Below are positions 26,405 to 34,687 of a stretch of 64,000 bases of DNA, piece by piece. Under the pieces are notes generated by a model. It saw only the letters and a program-made list of their open reading frames with translations, was not told where the DNA came from and made no database searches. Source of the DNA: an uncultured Terracidiphilus sp. (GTDB taxonomy: Bacteria; Acidobacteriota; Terriglobia; Terriglobales; Acidobacteriaceae); NCBI GenBank assembly GCA_964595345.1, contig CAZQPY010000008.1, forward strand, positions 20,496-84,495. The letters run 5' to 3'. Every line of letters begins with the position of its first letter. Positions within the stretch are counted from its first letter, which is position 1. The position numbers and the translations under genes were made by a program.

Positions 26405-26820
26405 TCCATCGGGCACCCAAGTCCGGGAGCCGGGAATCAGGAAATACGCATCACGAGAACAGCAACGGCGCGGGAGCAATCCTTCCGCGCCGTTCGCGTT
26501 TTGCTTGCCGGTGAATCCGGCTCCGTGCCCCCGTCCTTTCCGCGTCTTCCGCGAGAAGGACGGGGAAGCACGCATCCACTTGAGCAGAGGCTCGTTGCTG
26601 CACTGAAACCGGGTGCCCCTCGACAGCAGACTCAGGCCGATCCCCTGCCCATCCGCCCGGAACCGGATCGTGTCCGGACAGGCGGTGATAGGGGCGGAAC
26701 CATCAGGATCCGGGAATGGCAGGGCTGGGGTTCGAGGTCTCCCCGGTCCCCAACTGCGAGGGACCGGGGGCACCCTCATCGTGCTTTGAAAATAGAACCC
26801 GAGACCGGGGGCACCCGCCC
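26405..26820. repeat. cluster of GC-rich palindromic elements sharing a GGGCACCC/GGGTGCCC core
   Basis: Perfect 10-bp stems at 26529-26538/26556-26565 and 26741-26750/26760-26769. The 14-mer GACCGGGGGCACCC repeats at 26762 and 26803. Related cores occur near 26411, 26524 and 26611. Confidence 0.6.
26464..26504 (+). terminator. rho-independent terminator of the permease gene
   Basis: AACGGCGCGG-N11-CCGCGCCGTT (perfect 10-bp stem) followed by CGCGTTTTGC. Confidence 0.55.
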
Positions 26821-27012
26821 AATCAGGAGTGATTGCCGGTCGGATATTGGAGGGATTAAAGCTGTCCTTGTGAGTGCAGGAGGGACAAGTTAGAATGATT
26901 CCCGTTCAGCCGGCATGGTAACTTGCGTCCGGTAACACTCAAGACAGGACTCCTTGAAAAAAACCGCCCAGGGGCGTTTGAAGCAATTCCGGTGAGATGG
27001 AAAGGCGATATC

Positions 27013-27930
27013 GTGCGTAGGTTCAGCAAGGAGTTTTGGACACTGTTTTTGGTATCACTGTCTCTGACAATCGGATCTGCGCTATGGAGCGTAACGGCAG
27101 CGGCGCAAGCCAACAATGCGGGTCATGGTGACAAATACGGTAGCAACGCGACAAAGAAGGAGGAAATCAAATTCGAAGTGATTTCCATTCGCCCTGTTAA
27201 ACCTGGGTGGTCCCCCTACGACGGCGGTTCTTCTCATCTGAGTGATTTTAATCCTACGCCCAGTGGATTCATATCAACTTTAACTGTCTGGCAAATGATC
27301 ATGATTGCCTATGCTCCAAGCGATCAATCTTGGGATAGCATACCTTTGATCAACGCGCCCAAGTGGCTCTACAACTACGACGCCGCTTGGTTTTTCATCA
27401 ACGCCCGCGTCTCGGAGGCCGATATGAGAGCTTGGCAAAATCAGAGCATTCATCATGAGTTGCTACGCTCTGCCATGCAGAATCTTCTCAAAGAGCGCTG
27501 CAAGCTGGTCATCCATAAGCAGCCCGGGGAGTTTTCGGATTACAGGTTGGTAATTGGAAAGAAAGGGTTGAAGATGAAAGTAACGCCTCCGGGCTCCGCG
27601 TTGCCAAAGGGCACAGACCTGAAGAGTGGCGGAGTTATGGTCGCAGAGGGACCCAGGAATAGAACCACATGGCACTTCCATGGGGCAACTATAGAGGACT
27701 TAGTGGAGTTTTTAGGCCGGTGTTCACCAAATCGCCCAGTCCATGATGGGACAGGACTCACTGGTCGCTACGACTTTGCGATGCAAATGATAGAGATTCC
27801 TTCGCGGGACCATGAAGAGCAAATATATAACTGGCCGGTCGCTCCTCTCGGACTCGATCTGAAACCGGGCAAATACCCCGGATTCAAGCTGATCATCGAT
27901 CACCTGGAAAGGCCCAGCTCGAATGACTAG
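27013..27930 (+). CDS. TIGR03435-family protein (acidobacterial paralogous family of unknown function)
   Basis: FEVISIRPVKPG, TVWQMIMIAYA, ERCKLVIHKQ, TGLTGRYDF, LGLDLKPGKYPGFKLIIDHLERPSSN match my memory of the TIGR03435 pattern. Signal peptide follows GTG 27013 (ATG 26923 is also possible). Visibly lower GC. Confidence 0.75.
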   Translation: MRRFSKEFWTLFLVSLSLTIGSALWSVTAAAQANNAGHGDKYGSNATKKEEIKFEVISIRPVKPGWSPYDGGSSHLSDFNPTPSGFISTLTVWQMIMIAYAPSDQSWDSIPLINAPKWLYNYDAAWFFINARVSEADMRAWQNQSIHHELLRSAMQNLLKERCKLVIHKQPGEFSDYRLVIGKKGLKMKVTPPGSALPKGTDLKSGGVMVAEGPRNRTTWHFHGATIEDLVEFLGRCSPNRPVHDGTGLTGRYDFAMQMIEIPSRDHEEQIYNWPVAPLGLDLKPGKYPGFKLIIDHLERPSSND

Positions 27931-28046
27931 CTGTATCAATGCTGAATGTCCTGCTCTTGGTTGTGAGTCTTGGGCTCGCTGGAATCCCTCCGAACTGTGG
28001 ATTACACCGGAAGATTCGGCGCAGAGTCCAGGATTGCAGTAGCGCT

Positions 28047-29105
28047 TCAGTCGAAGCGATGACGCCACTGGCTGGACAGGTCCTCCGCAGCCTCCGGCCA
28101 GCCGGGGAAACTGAAGCGGAAGCCGGCGGCGAGCAGCCGTGCGGGAACGGCGCGGCAACTGGAGAGCACCAATTCCGGATTGCTTCCCATGAGCAGCGCA
28201 CCAAGATAGATGAACGGAGCGGGAGCGGGCAGGCCGTTCGGCATGTCCAGCGCTTCGCGGAGCACCGCCATGAACTCGCGGTTGGGCATGGGCGCGGGCG
28301 CAGCCAGATTGAAGGGGCCATCCAGGTCGTCGCGTGCGATAAGGAACTCGACCGCATCGGCGTAGTCGGCCTCGTGAATCCAGGGAAGAAACTGGCGGCC
28401 ATTGCCCTGCGTGCCACCGAGGCTGAAGCGGACCAGGTTGGCCATGACCGCAAAGACATTGCCCACGACGGGGCTGAGCGTAACGGCGCTGCGCAGGGCA
28501 ATCTTGCGCGTGCGGGGGGTGGAGACGGAAAAGAATGCCGCCTCCCAGTCGCGCACCAAGCGGCGAGTGAATCCGCGGGCATGAGTCCAGGGCTGGGGCG
28601 CCCCGACACCGAGCAAGTCTCCGTGGTCCGGATCGGCTTCAATGGCTGCGGTCTCGTCGAGTGGCAGGTCGGTCCAGTACTTGTCGAGAGTGCGCACATA
28701 GATGGTGGCCGCGGAGGCATTCATCCACAGGCGGGGCGGGTTTTCCAAGCTGGCGATGACGCTGTGGAGCAGCCGGGTTGAGCCGATGCGCGATTCGTAC
28801 ATAGCCTTGCGATTGGCGAAGGTAGGACGGCAGTTGATGCTTCGGCCGGTCAGGTTGATGCAGACATCCGCACCTTCGAGCGCTTCGGTCCATGAATCCA
28901 CGTGCTCGGCGTCCCAGTGAATGGTCTGCCAGGGAGCGCTGTAGGGGCTGCGGGTGAGCACGGTTACGTGATGGCCACGCTGCTGGAAGTGGCGCGCCAG
29001 CATCTGGCCCACCTGCCCGCTGCCACCGGGCAGAACGATGCGTAGGGGACGCGTCAAACTCGTAATGGGAGGCTCAGGCAGATGAGGCTGTAGCGATAGG
29101 CTCAT
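28047..29105 (-). CDS. TIGR01777/YfcH-type NAD-dependent epimerase-family protein (DUF1731 C-terminus)
   Basis: Rossmann motif VLPGGSGQVGQMLARH, then a C-terminal LLMGSNPELVLSSCRAVPARLLAAGFRF typical of the family. Confidence 0.85.
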   Translation of the reverse strand: MSLSLQPHLPEPPITSLTRPLRIVLPGGSGQVGQMLARHFQQRGHHVTVLTRSPYSAPWQTIHWDAEHVDSWTEALEGADVCINLTGRSINCRPTFANRKAMYESRIGSTRLLHSVIASLENPPRLWMNASAATIYVRTLDKYWTDLPLDETAAIEADPDHGDLLGVGAPQPWTHARGFTRRLVRDWEAAFFSVSTPRTRKIALRSAVTLSPVVGNVFAVMANLVRFSLGGTQGNGRQFLPWIHEADYADAVEFLIARDDLDGPFNLAAPAPMPNREFMAVLREALDMPNGLPAPAPFIYLGALLMGSNPELVLSSCRAVPARLLAAGFRFSFPGWPEAAEDLSSQWRHRFD

Positions 29106-29148
29106 GCCACCAGCCTAACGCTTTTTTGCCGAGGTTTTTCCGGGCCGC

Positions 29149-29697
29149 TCAGGGAGCGGGGGGAAAAGAATAGTGGCGCATCATTCGGCGGTGCGCCCAG
29201 AGGCGCAGTTCGCGCACCAAGAAGAAGATGACGAAGGCGAAGATGACCAGCGGGAAAATCACGATCCACACGGGTTGAACCACGCGATTGTTTCCCACCT
29301 CAACCGATTCGGGGGCATGCACGCCGCCGAACATGGCAACCAGGTCGTGGCCGACGGAGACGTGTTCACCAAGGCGAACGCCCCCGAAAAAACTGACCAG
29401 GTCGTTGCCGACTGAGGTATTGTCCTCGGCGCGCACGGAGCCAAAGAAGTTCACCACATCGTGGTCCGCCTTGCCGGCCAGGTGGACATCGCCGAAGAAG
29501 ACGACCACGTTGCCTTTGACCTCGCCGTCGGCATTCACGTTGCAGAAAAAGCAAACCGCATCGTGGACCGTGGAATTGGCCGCGACGTGGATGTTCGATC
29601 CGAACTGGACGGCATCCTGATCGGCGTGGGCGGGGACCGCGGCAACGAACAAGGCGACCGTGAGCAGAGAAAGTGCGAGCGGGTTTCGGATGTTCAT
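29149..29697 (-). CDS. exported, C-terminally membrane-anchored repeat protein (solenoid-like)
   Basis: Signal peptide ...AAVPAHA, five approximately 17-19-aa units ending (D/N)xVx(F/M)F(G/C)xV, then the TM helix VWIVIFPLVIFAFVIFFLV. Confidence 0.6.
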   Translation of the reverse strand: MNIRNPLALSLLTVALFVAAVPAHADQDAVQFGSNIHVAANSTVHDAVCFFCNVNADGEVKGNVVVFFGDVHLAGKADHDVVNFFGSVRAEDNTSVGNDLVSFFGGVRLGEHVSVGHDLVAMFGGVHAPESVEVGNNRVVQPVWIVIFPLVIFAFVIFFLVRELRLWAHRRMMRHYSFPPAP

Positions 29698-30000
29698 GGA
29701 TCTCCCAACCGGGATTACGCAAGGAATCAGCCAGAAGTTCCATGCTCACGCTGCGCCGCATGTTTTGCAAGAGTTTTCCGGTTTTCACGCGACGCAAACT
29801 CCCATTCTGACCGCAAATGCAGGAACGCGGAGTGGGAGCGGCGTCGAGCACGTGCTTGGCGGCAGCCGCTTTAGATCAGTGGTTCCCGGGTACAGCAATT
29901 GGGGATCTGCCGTAGCCCGCGCCGGAGAGAAGCGCGCGATTGAGGAGGGTGTGAATGCCTCGCGGGCCGATCAGGGTGCTAAAGTGAAGTTTCAACCATC

Positions 30001-31365
30001 ATGTTTGCCACCTCACAGCACGCACACTTCATCGGCATCGGCGGAATCGGCATGAGCGGTATTGCCGAGATCCTGCTCAATCTTGGAATGAAGGTTTCCG
30101 GTTCGGATTTGCGCCGGGGACCGGTGACGGACCGGCTTGTCCAACTGGGTGCCACGGTGTACGAGGGCCACCACGCTACGAACGTCGCGGGCGCCACGGT
30201 GGTGGTGACGAGTTCGGCAGTGGGAACCCGCAATCCAGAAGTCGTGGAAGCGAGGGCGTTGAAGATTCCGGTGATTCAGCGGGCCGAAATGCTGGCGGAG
30301 CTGATGAGGCTGAAGTATGGCATCGCCATCGCTGGAATGCACGGCAAGACGACAACCACTTCGATGGTGGCCAGCGTGCTGTCGGCCGGCGGACTCGATC
30401 CCACGGTAGTGGTCGGGGGCCGGGTGGACGCGATGGGTTCGAATGCCCGTCTGGGGACGACGCAGTACTTGGTGGCAGAAGCCGACGAAAGCGACCGGTC
30501 GTTTCTGAAGCTTTCGCCTATACTGGCGGTGATCACCAACCTGGACCGGGAGCATATGGACTGCTACCGGGATATGACCGATGTGGAGGATGCGTATCTG
30601 GCCTTTATGGACAAGGTGCCCTTCTATGGAGCGGTGACCGCGTGCCTGGACAATCCGTTGCTGGCGGCGATTCTGCCACGAGCGCGACGGCGCGTGTTCA
30701 CCTACGGTGTTGCGGCGGAGGCGGATTACCGACTGGAAGTGCTGGCGCAGGGCCAAGGGAGCTTCGCCGAGTTTCAGGTGGTGACGGCGAATGGAGTGCT
30801 GGGCCCGTTCGAACTGCATGTACCGGGCCACCACAACGTGCTGAACGCGACTGCAGCCGTGGCCATTGCGCACCAGCTTGAAGTTCCGGCAGAGCGAATT
30901 GCCGAGGGGCTGAAGAATTTCCGCGGGGTTGACCGGCGGTTTCAGATGCGCGGCAAGGCGAGGGGAGTAACGGTAGTGGACGATTACGGCCACCACCCTA
31001 CGGAGATTAGAGCCACGCTGGCCGCGGCGCGCGAGTGCGGCCACCGGAAGATTCATGTGGTGTTTCAGCCGCATCGCTATTCGCGCACGAAAGATCTAAT
31101 GGACGAGTTCGGGAGCGCCTTCCGGGACGCCGATACGGTGGTTGTATTGCCAATTTACGCCGCCAGCGAGGAGCCGATTCCAGGCATTACTGCCGACCGG
31201 CTGGCAGAGCGGATTGAAGGGCCGCGGGTGCAGACGGCGACAGATTTCGCTGCCGCAGTGAACACGGTTGTGGGATTTGCGGAAGAGGGCGACCTGATCC
31301 TGACGCTGGGAGCGGGCAGCGTAAGCCAGTTGGCTCCGCAGATTCTGAAGTTGCTGGAAGCCTGA
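30001..31365 (+). CDS. murC: UDP-N-acetylmuramate--L-alanine ligase
   Basis: HFIGIGGIGMSGIAEILLNLG, AGMHGKTTTTSM, and DDYGHHPTEI motifs. Full length. Confidence 0.95.
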   Translation: MFATSQHAHFIGIGGIGMSGIAEILLNLGMKVSGSDLRRGPVTDRLVQLGATVYEGHHATNVAGATVVVTSSAVGTRNPEVVEARALKIPVIQRAEMLAELMRLKYGIAIAGMHGKTTTTSMVASVLSAGGLDPTVVVGGRVDAMGSNARLGTTQYLVAEADESDRSFLKLSPILAVITNLDREHMDCYRDMTDVEDAYLAFMDKVPFYGAVTACLDNPLLAAILPRARRRVFTYGVAAEADYRLEVLAQGQGSFAEFQVVTANGVLGPFELHVPGHHNVLNATAAVAIAHQLEVPAERIAEGLKNFRGVDRRFQMRGKARGVTVVDDYGHHPTEIRATLAAARECGHRKIHVVFQPHRYSRTKDLMDEFGSAFRDADTVVVLPIYAASEEPIPGITADRLAERIEGPRVQTATDFAAAVNTVVGFAEEGDLILTLGAGSVSQLAPQILKLLEA

Positions 31366-31544
31366 ACACAGGGATGCGTGCGTACCGTCGTAGGACCTCA
31401 GGCAATCGCTATTGACGCGCTGTGCTGCGCCGATAGCATCTGGAGAGTTTCAATGTCGGGGCCATGCCGGAGGTGTATGCGGCGGGGTCTCACTGATAGT
31501 TCCGGATCATTCGCAATCCACCAACCCCCAATATGGGAGCAGGG

Positions 31545-31949
31545 ATGATGATGAGGAAACTGAAGATCCTGGTGGCAGAGGACGACGCCACCAGTCGCGC
31601 ATTGTTGCAGGCGTTTCTTTCGCAGTACGGCGAGTGCCACATCGCCGTGGATGGGAAACAGGCGGTGCAAGCGGCGAAGGAGGCGCGCGAAGCTCGCCAG
31701 AGTTTCGACCTGGTGTGCATGGATCTCCGGATGCCGGAAATGGATGGGCAGGAGGCAATCCGCGAGATTCGCAGGCAGGAAGACGCAACGGGCGCCATAC
31801 GGCCCACGAAGATCTTTGTAACCACGGCGCATGCAGACATCGAGGATATTACAAACGCCCTTGAGGGACGCTGCAATGCCTACCTGGTGAAGCCGATTGA
31901 TACGGCGAAGCTGCTTGCGGAACTGAAGACCTTCAAGTTGATTGAGTGA
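31545..31949 (+). CDS. stand-alone response-regulator receiver protein (CheY-like)
   Basis: KILVAEDD, phospho-acceptor context DLVCMDLRMPEMDG, and conserved K in YLVKP. Start is one of the ATGs at 31533-31551. Confidence 0.85.
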   Translation: MMMRKLKILVAEDDATSRALLQAFLSQYGECHIAVDGKQAVQAAKEAREARQSFDLVCMDLRMPEMDGQEAIREIRRQEDATGAIRPTKIFVTTAHADIEDITNALEGRCNAYLVKPIDTAKLLAELKTFKLIE

Positions 31950-32289
31950 CCGTGCTCGATTCACAATTTGACCTTTTCGGATCATTCAAGTTGGCTCTTT
32001 CTTCAGGAAAAAGCCAATCGAGCTTGAGGTTTCTGTAAGCGACAGAATCGAAAATGCCGCATCCCCCTCTAGCTGCCGCAGGCATGGTGTGGTGCCGGGA
32101 ATCCCGCACAACCTGATCGGAGAGGTACCGAAGAAGTTTCGTTGCACTTTTCTGTTGCGCTGATGCGCGGCGGTCATTCGGAAGAAGGACTGCTGCGCTT
32201 TTTCCCGTTTGCAAGAATGCGCGGACGCGCCGCATGCGTAGCGCTTAGCGTGATATCATTCGAAGCGCAGACAAACGACTGTCTGAAGG

Positions 32290-33741
32290 ATGGAAGAAAT
32301 GATAAATGCGACGCGCAGAGGATTCTTGAAGACCGCTTCGGCTACGGCAGCCACAATGGCAATTTCGCGTGGACTTCCGGCGTGGGCTGTGGCGGGGGTA
32401 TCTTCGGTGCGCGTATGGGGGAGCGGCGGCGAAATGAGGCATACGCCGCTTGCTCCGCTGGTATGGAAGGCTGAAGCGGGCGCGGCGCTGGAAGCGATCA
32501 GTCTGCACCCCGAGTCGACCAAGCAGGAGATTCTGGGCTTTGGCGGCGCGCTGACCGACGCAACCTGTTACATCCTGGGCCAGCAGACAGCGAACGAGCG
32601 GCAAGCGATCTTGCATGATTTTTTTGCTCCCGGCGAAATGGCGCTGAACGTCTGCCGGACCTGCATTGGCGCTAGCGACTACTCGCGGAACGCGTACAGC
32701 TATGACGACAGCGACACGCAGGACACGGAACTGAATAAATTTTCGATCGATCACGACAAAGCCTATATTCTGCCGGTACTGCGAGATGCGCGGAAGGTGA
32801 ATCCGGAGCTGTTTCTGTTCTCGTCGCCGTGGAGCCCGCCGGGATGGATGAAGTCATCGGGAACGATGCTGGGTGGGGCCATGCGGAAGCACAGCTACGA
32901 ACCGTATGCTCAGTATTTCCGGCGGTTCCTGGAGGCTTACAAGGCAGAAGGCGTGGCCATCGACGCGGTAACCGTGCAGAACGAAGTGGACGCCGATCAG
33001 GACGGGCGGATGCCGGCCTGCCTGTGGGGCCAGGAATACGAGATCGAGTTTGTGAAGGACCACCTCGGCCCGGCGCTGCGCAAAGCGGGGCTGCCAACGA
33101 AGATCTGGGTGTTGGATCACAACTACGCCCTTTGGGGCCGCGCCGTCGACGAGTTGAGCGATCCCGACCTGCGCGAATACGTGGACGGAATCGCCTGGCA
33201 CGGATACGCCGGCGAACCTGCGGCGATGAGCCGGGTGCACGACGCCTTCCCGACCAAGAACGCCTATTGGACCGAAGGAGGACCGGACATTACCGCCGCT
33301 GACTACCAGATCGACTTCACGCGGTGGACAGAGACATTCATCGGGGTGCTGTCGAACTGGGCGCGGTCGATTACGGCATGGAACTTGGTGCTGGACGAGA
33401 AGGGCAATCCCAATATTGGCCCATTCCCTTGCGGCGGGACAATCACGGTGGAAAACGGCACGGTGCAGAATGCGGCCCACAAGGTGACGCGTAGCGGGCA
33501 GTACTGGGCGTTGGCGCACTTCAGCAAGCACGTCCGGCGAGGAGCGAAGGTAATCGCCAGCTCGCAAGCTGGCAAAACCAACGGCCCAGTGTCGCAGGTG
33601 GCATTCCGGAATCCGGATGAAAGCTATGTGGCAGTGCTGTCCAACAGCGGCGCGGCGACTCAGGTTCAGCTGGTGATGGGCGCGAAGGCGCTGACAGTGG
33701 AGTTGCCGGCCGATTCGGTGCGCACGCTGGAGTGGACATAG
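32290..33741 (+). CDS. glycoside hydrolase family 30 (glucosylceramidase-like), Tat-exported
   Basis: Twin-arginine signal ATRRGFLKTASATAA. GFGGALTDA, SPWSPPGWMK, VTVQNEVD and YWTEGG motifs. ATG 32299 is an alternative start. Confidence 0.8.
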   Translation: MEEMINATRRGFLKTASATAATMAISRGLPAWAVAGVSSVRVWGSGGEMRHTPLAPLVWKAEAGAALEAISLHPESTKQEILGFGGALTDATCYILGQQTANERQAILHDFFAPGEMALNVCRTCIGASDYSRNAYSYDDSDTQDTELNKFSIDHDKAYILPVLRDARKVNPELFLFSSPWSPPGWMKSSGTMLGGAMRKHSYEPYAQYFRRFLEAYKAEGVAIDAVTVQNEVDADQDGRMPACLWGQEYEIEFVKDHLGPALRKAGLPTKIWVLDHNYALWGRAVDELSDPDLREYVDGIAWHGYAGEPAAMSRVHDAFPTKNAYWTEGGPDITAADYQIDFTRWTETFIGVLSNWARSITAWNLVLDEKGNPNIGPFPCGGTITVENGTVQNAAHKVTRSGQYWALAHFSKHVRRGAKVIASSQAGKTNGPVSQVAFRNPDESYVAVLSNSGAATQVQLVMGAKALTVELPADSVRTLEWT

Positions 33742-33766
33742 AACGATCGACAAGGGAACGATGAAC

Positions 33767-33817
33767 AAGCCCCCGGGCGAGCGGCGCGACAGCCGCAGTT
33801 ACCGGGGGCTTTTTGTT
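33767..33817 (+). terminator. long hairpin terminator after the GH30 gene
   Basis: AAGCCCCCGG ... CCGGGGGCTT (10-bp stem, with an inner GCGGC/GCCGC stem) followed by TTTTGTTG. Confidence 0.5.
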
Positions 33818-33955
33818 GCGCGCCACTGCCGTATTCAAAGTGCGCCTCTGCAACTTACGCAGCGTCAAATTCGTACTGGAACTATCGGTTCTGATTGGTT
33901 GGTTTGGCACGATAGAACTGACGACGGAAGCTAAAGTGGCCCAGGAGGCTGGCGA

Positions 33956-34687
33956 GTGATTCAAGTCCGGGATGCAAGGAAGTGGATTCAGAACGGCGCA
34001 CGGCGCGTGGAGATTCTGAAGGGGATTTCGCTGACGATTCCCGCCGGACAGTTTGTGGCGATTGTGGGCGCGAGCGGGAGCGGCAAGAGCACGCTGCTGG
34101 GGCTGCTGGCGGGCCTGGATACGCCGAGCGAGGGCGAGATCTGGCTGGACGGGACGCCGATCCACAACCTTGCCGAGGCGGAGCTGGCGGCGGTGCGGGG
34201 CAGCAAGATCGGCTTTGTCTTCCAGTCGTATCAGCTGATTGCCACACTCACAGCCTTGGAAAACGTGGTGCTTCCCTTCGAGCTGAACATGGCCGGGAAC
34301 GGGCTGAAACAGGCGCGCAAGCTACTGGAGGCGGTAGGACTGGGCGAGCGCATGGATCATTACCCTGTGCAGCTCTCCGGGGGCGAGCAGCAGAGGGTGG
34401 CGCTGGCCAGGGCTTTCGTGGTGGATCCGCCGGTGGTGATGGCCGACGAACCGACCGGCAACCTGGACTCCAGCAACGGGCGGCTGGTGCTGGATCTTCT
34501 GCTGGATCGCAACAGGAATGCGGGAACAACCTTGGTGCTGGTGACGCACGACCCCGAGGTCGCGTCCAGGGCCGACCGGCGCATTGTGCTGAAAGATGGG
34601 CAGATTGTGGAAGACACGCTTCCCTGCCCCACTCTCGAAAGCGGCCCGGATGTGGCCGACGACGAGGAGACACCCGTCCATGGCTAA
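33956..34687 (+). CDS. ABC transporter ATP-binding protein (LolD/YbbA-like)
   Basis: GTG 33956 after AGGAGG. Walker A GASGSGKST, signature LSGGEQQRVALARA, Walker B VVMADEPT. Confidence 0.9.
   Translation: MIQVRDARKWIQNGARRVEILKGISLTIPAGQFVAIVGASGSGKSTLLGLLAGLDTPSEGEIWLDGTPIHNLAEAELAAVRGSKIGFVFQSYQLIATLTALENVVLPFELNMAGNGLKQARKLLEAVGLGERMDHYPVQLSGGEQQRVALARAFVVDPPVVMADEPTGNLDSSNGRLVLDLLLDRNRNAGTTLVLVTHDPEVASRADRRIVLKDGQIVEDTLPCPTLESGPDVADDEETPVHG

Noticed and set aside
26333-26893. ORFs of 148 aa (minus) and 130 aa (plus) across the permease/TIGR03435 spacer.
   Set aside because: They are translated from the palindromic repeat units and have Pro/Arg/Gly-rich low-complexity composition. Both strands are open, which is typical of GC-rich repeats rather than genes.
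31412-31439. TTGACG-N16-TAGCAT upstream of the CheY-like gene as a promoter.
   Set aside because: The -10 is only moderate, the spacer is 16 nt, and it lies about 100 nt from the start codon in GC-rich sequence where such matches arise easily. It is not reportable without transcription start data.
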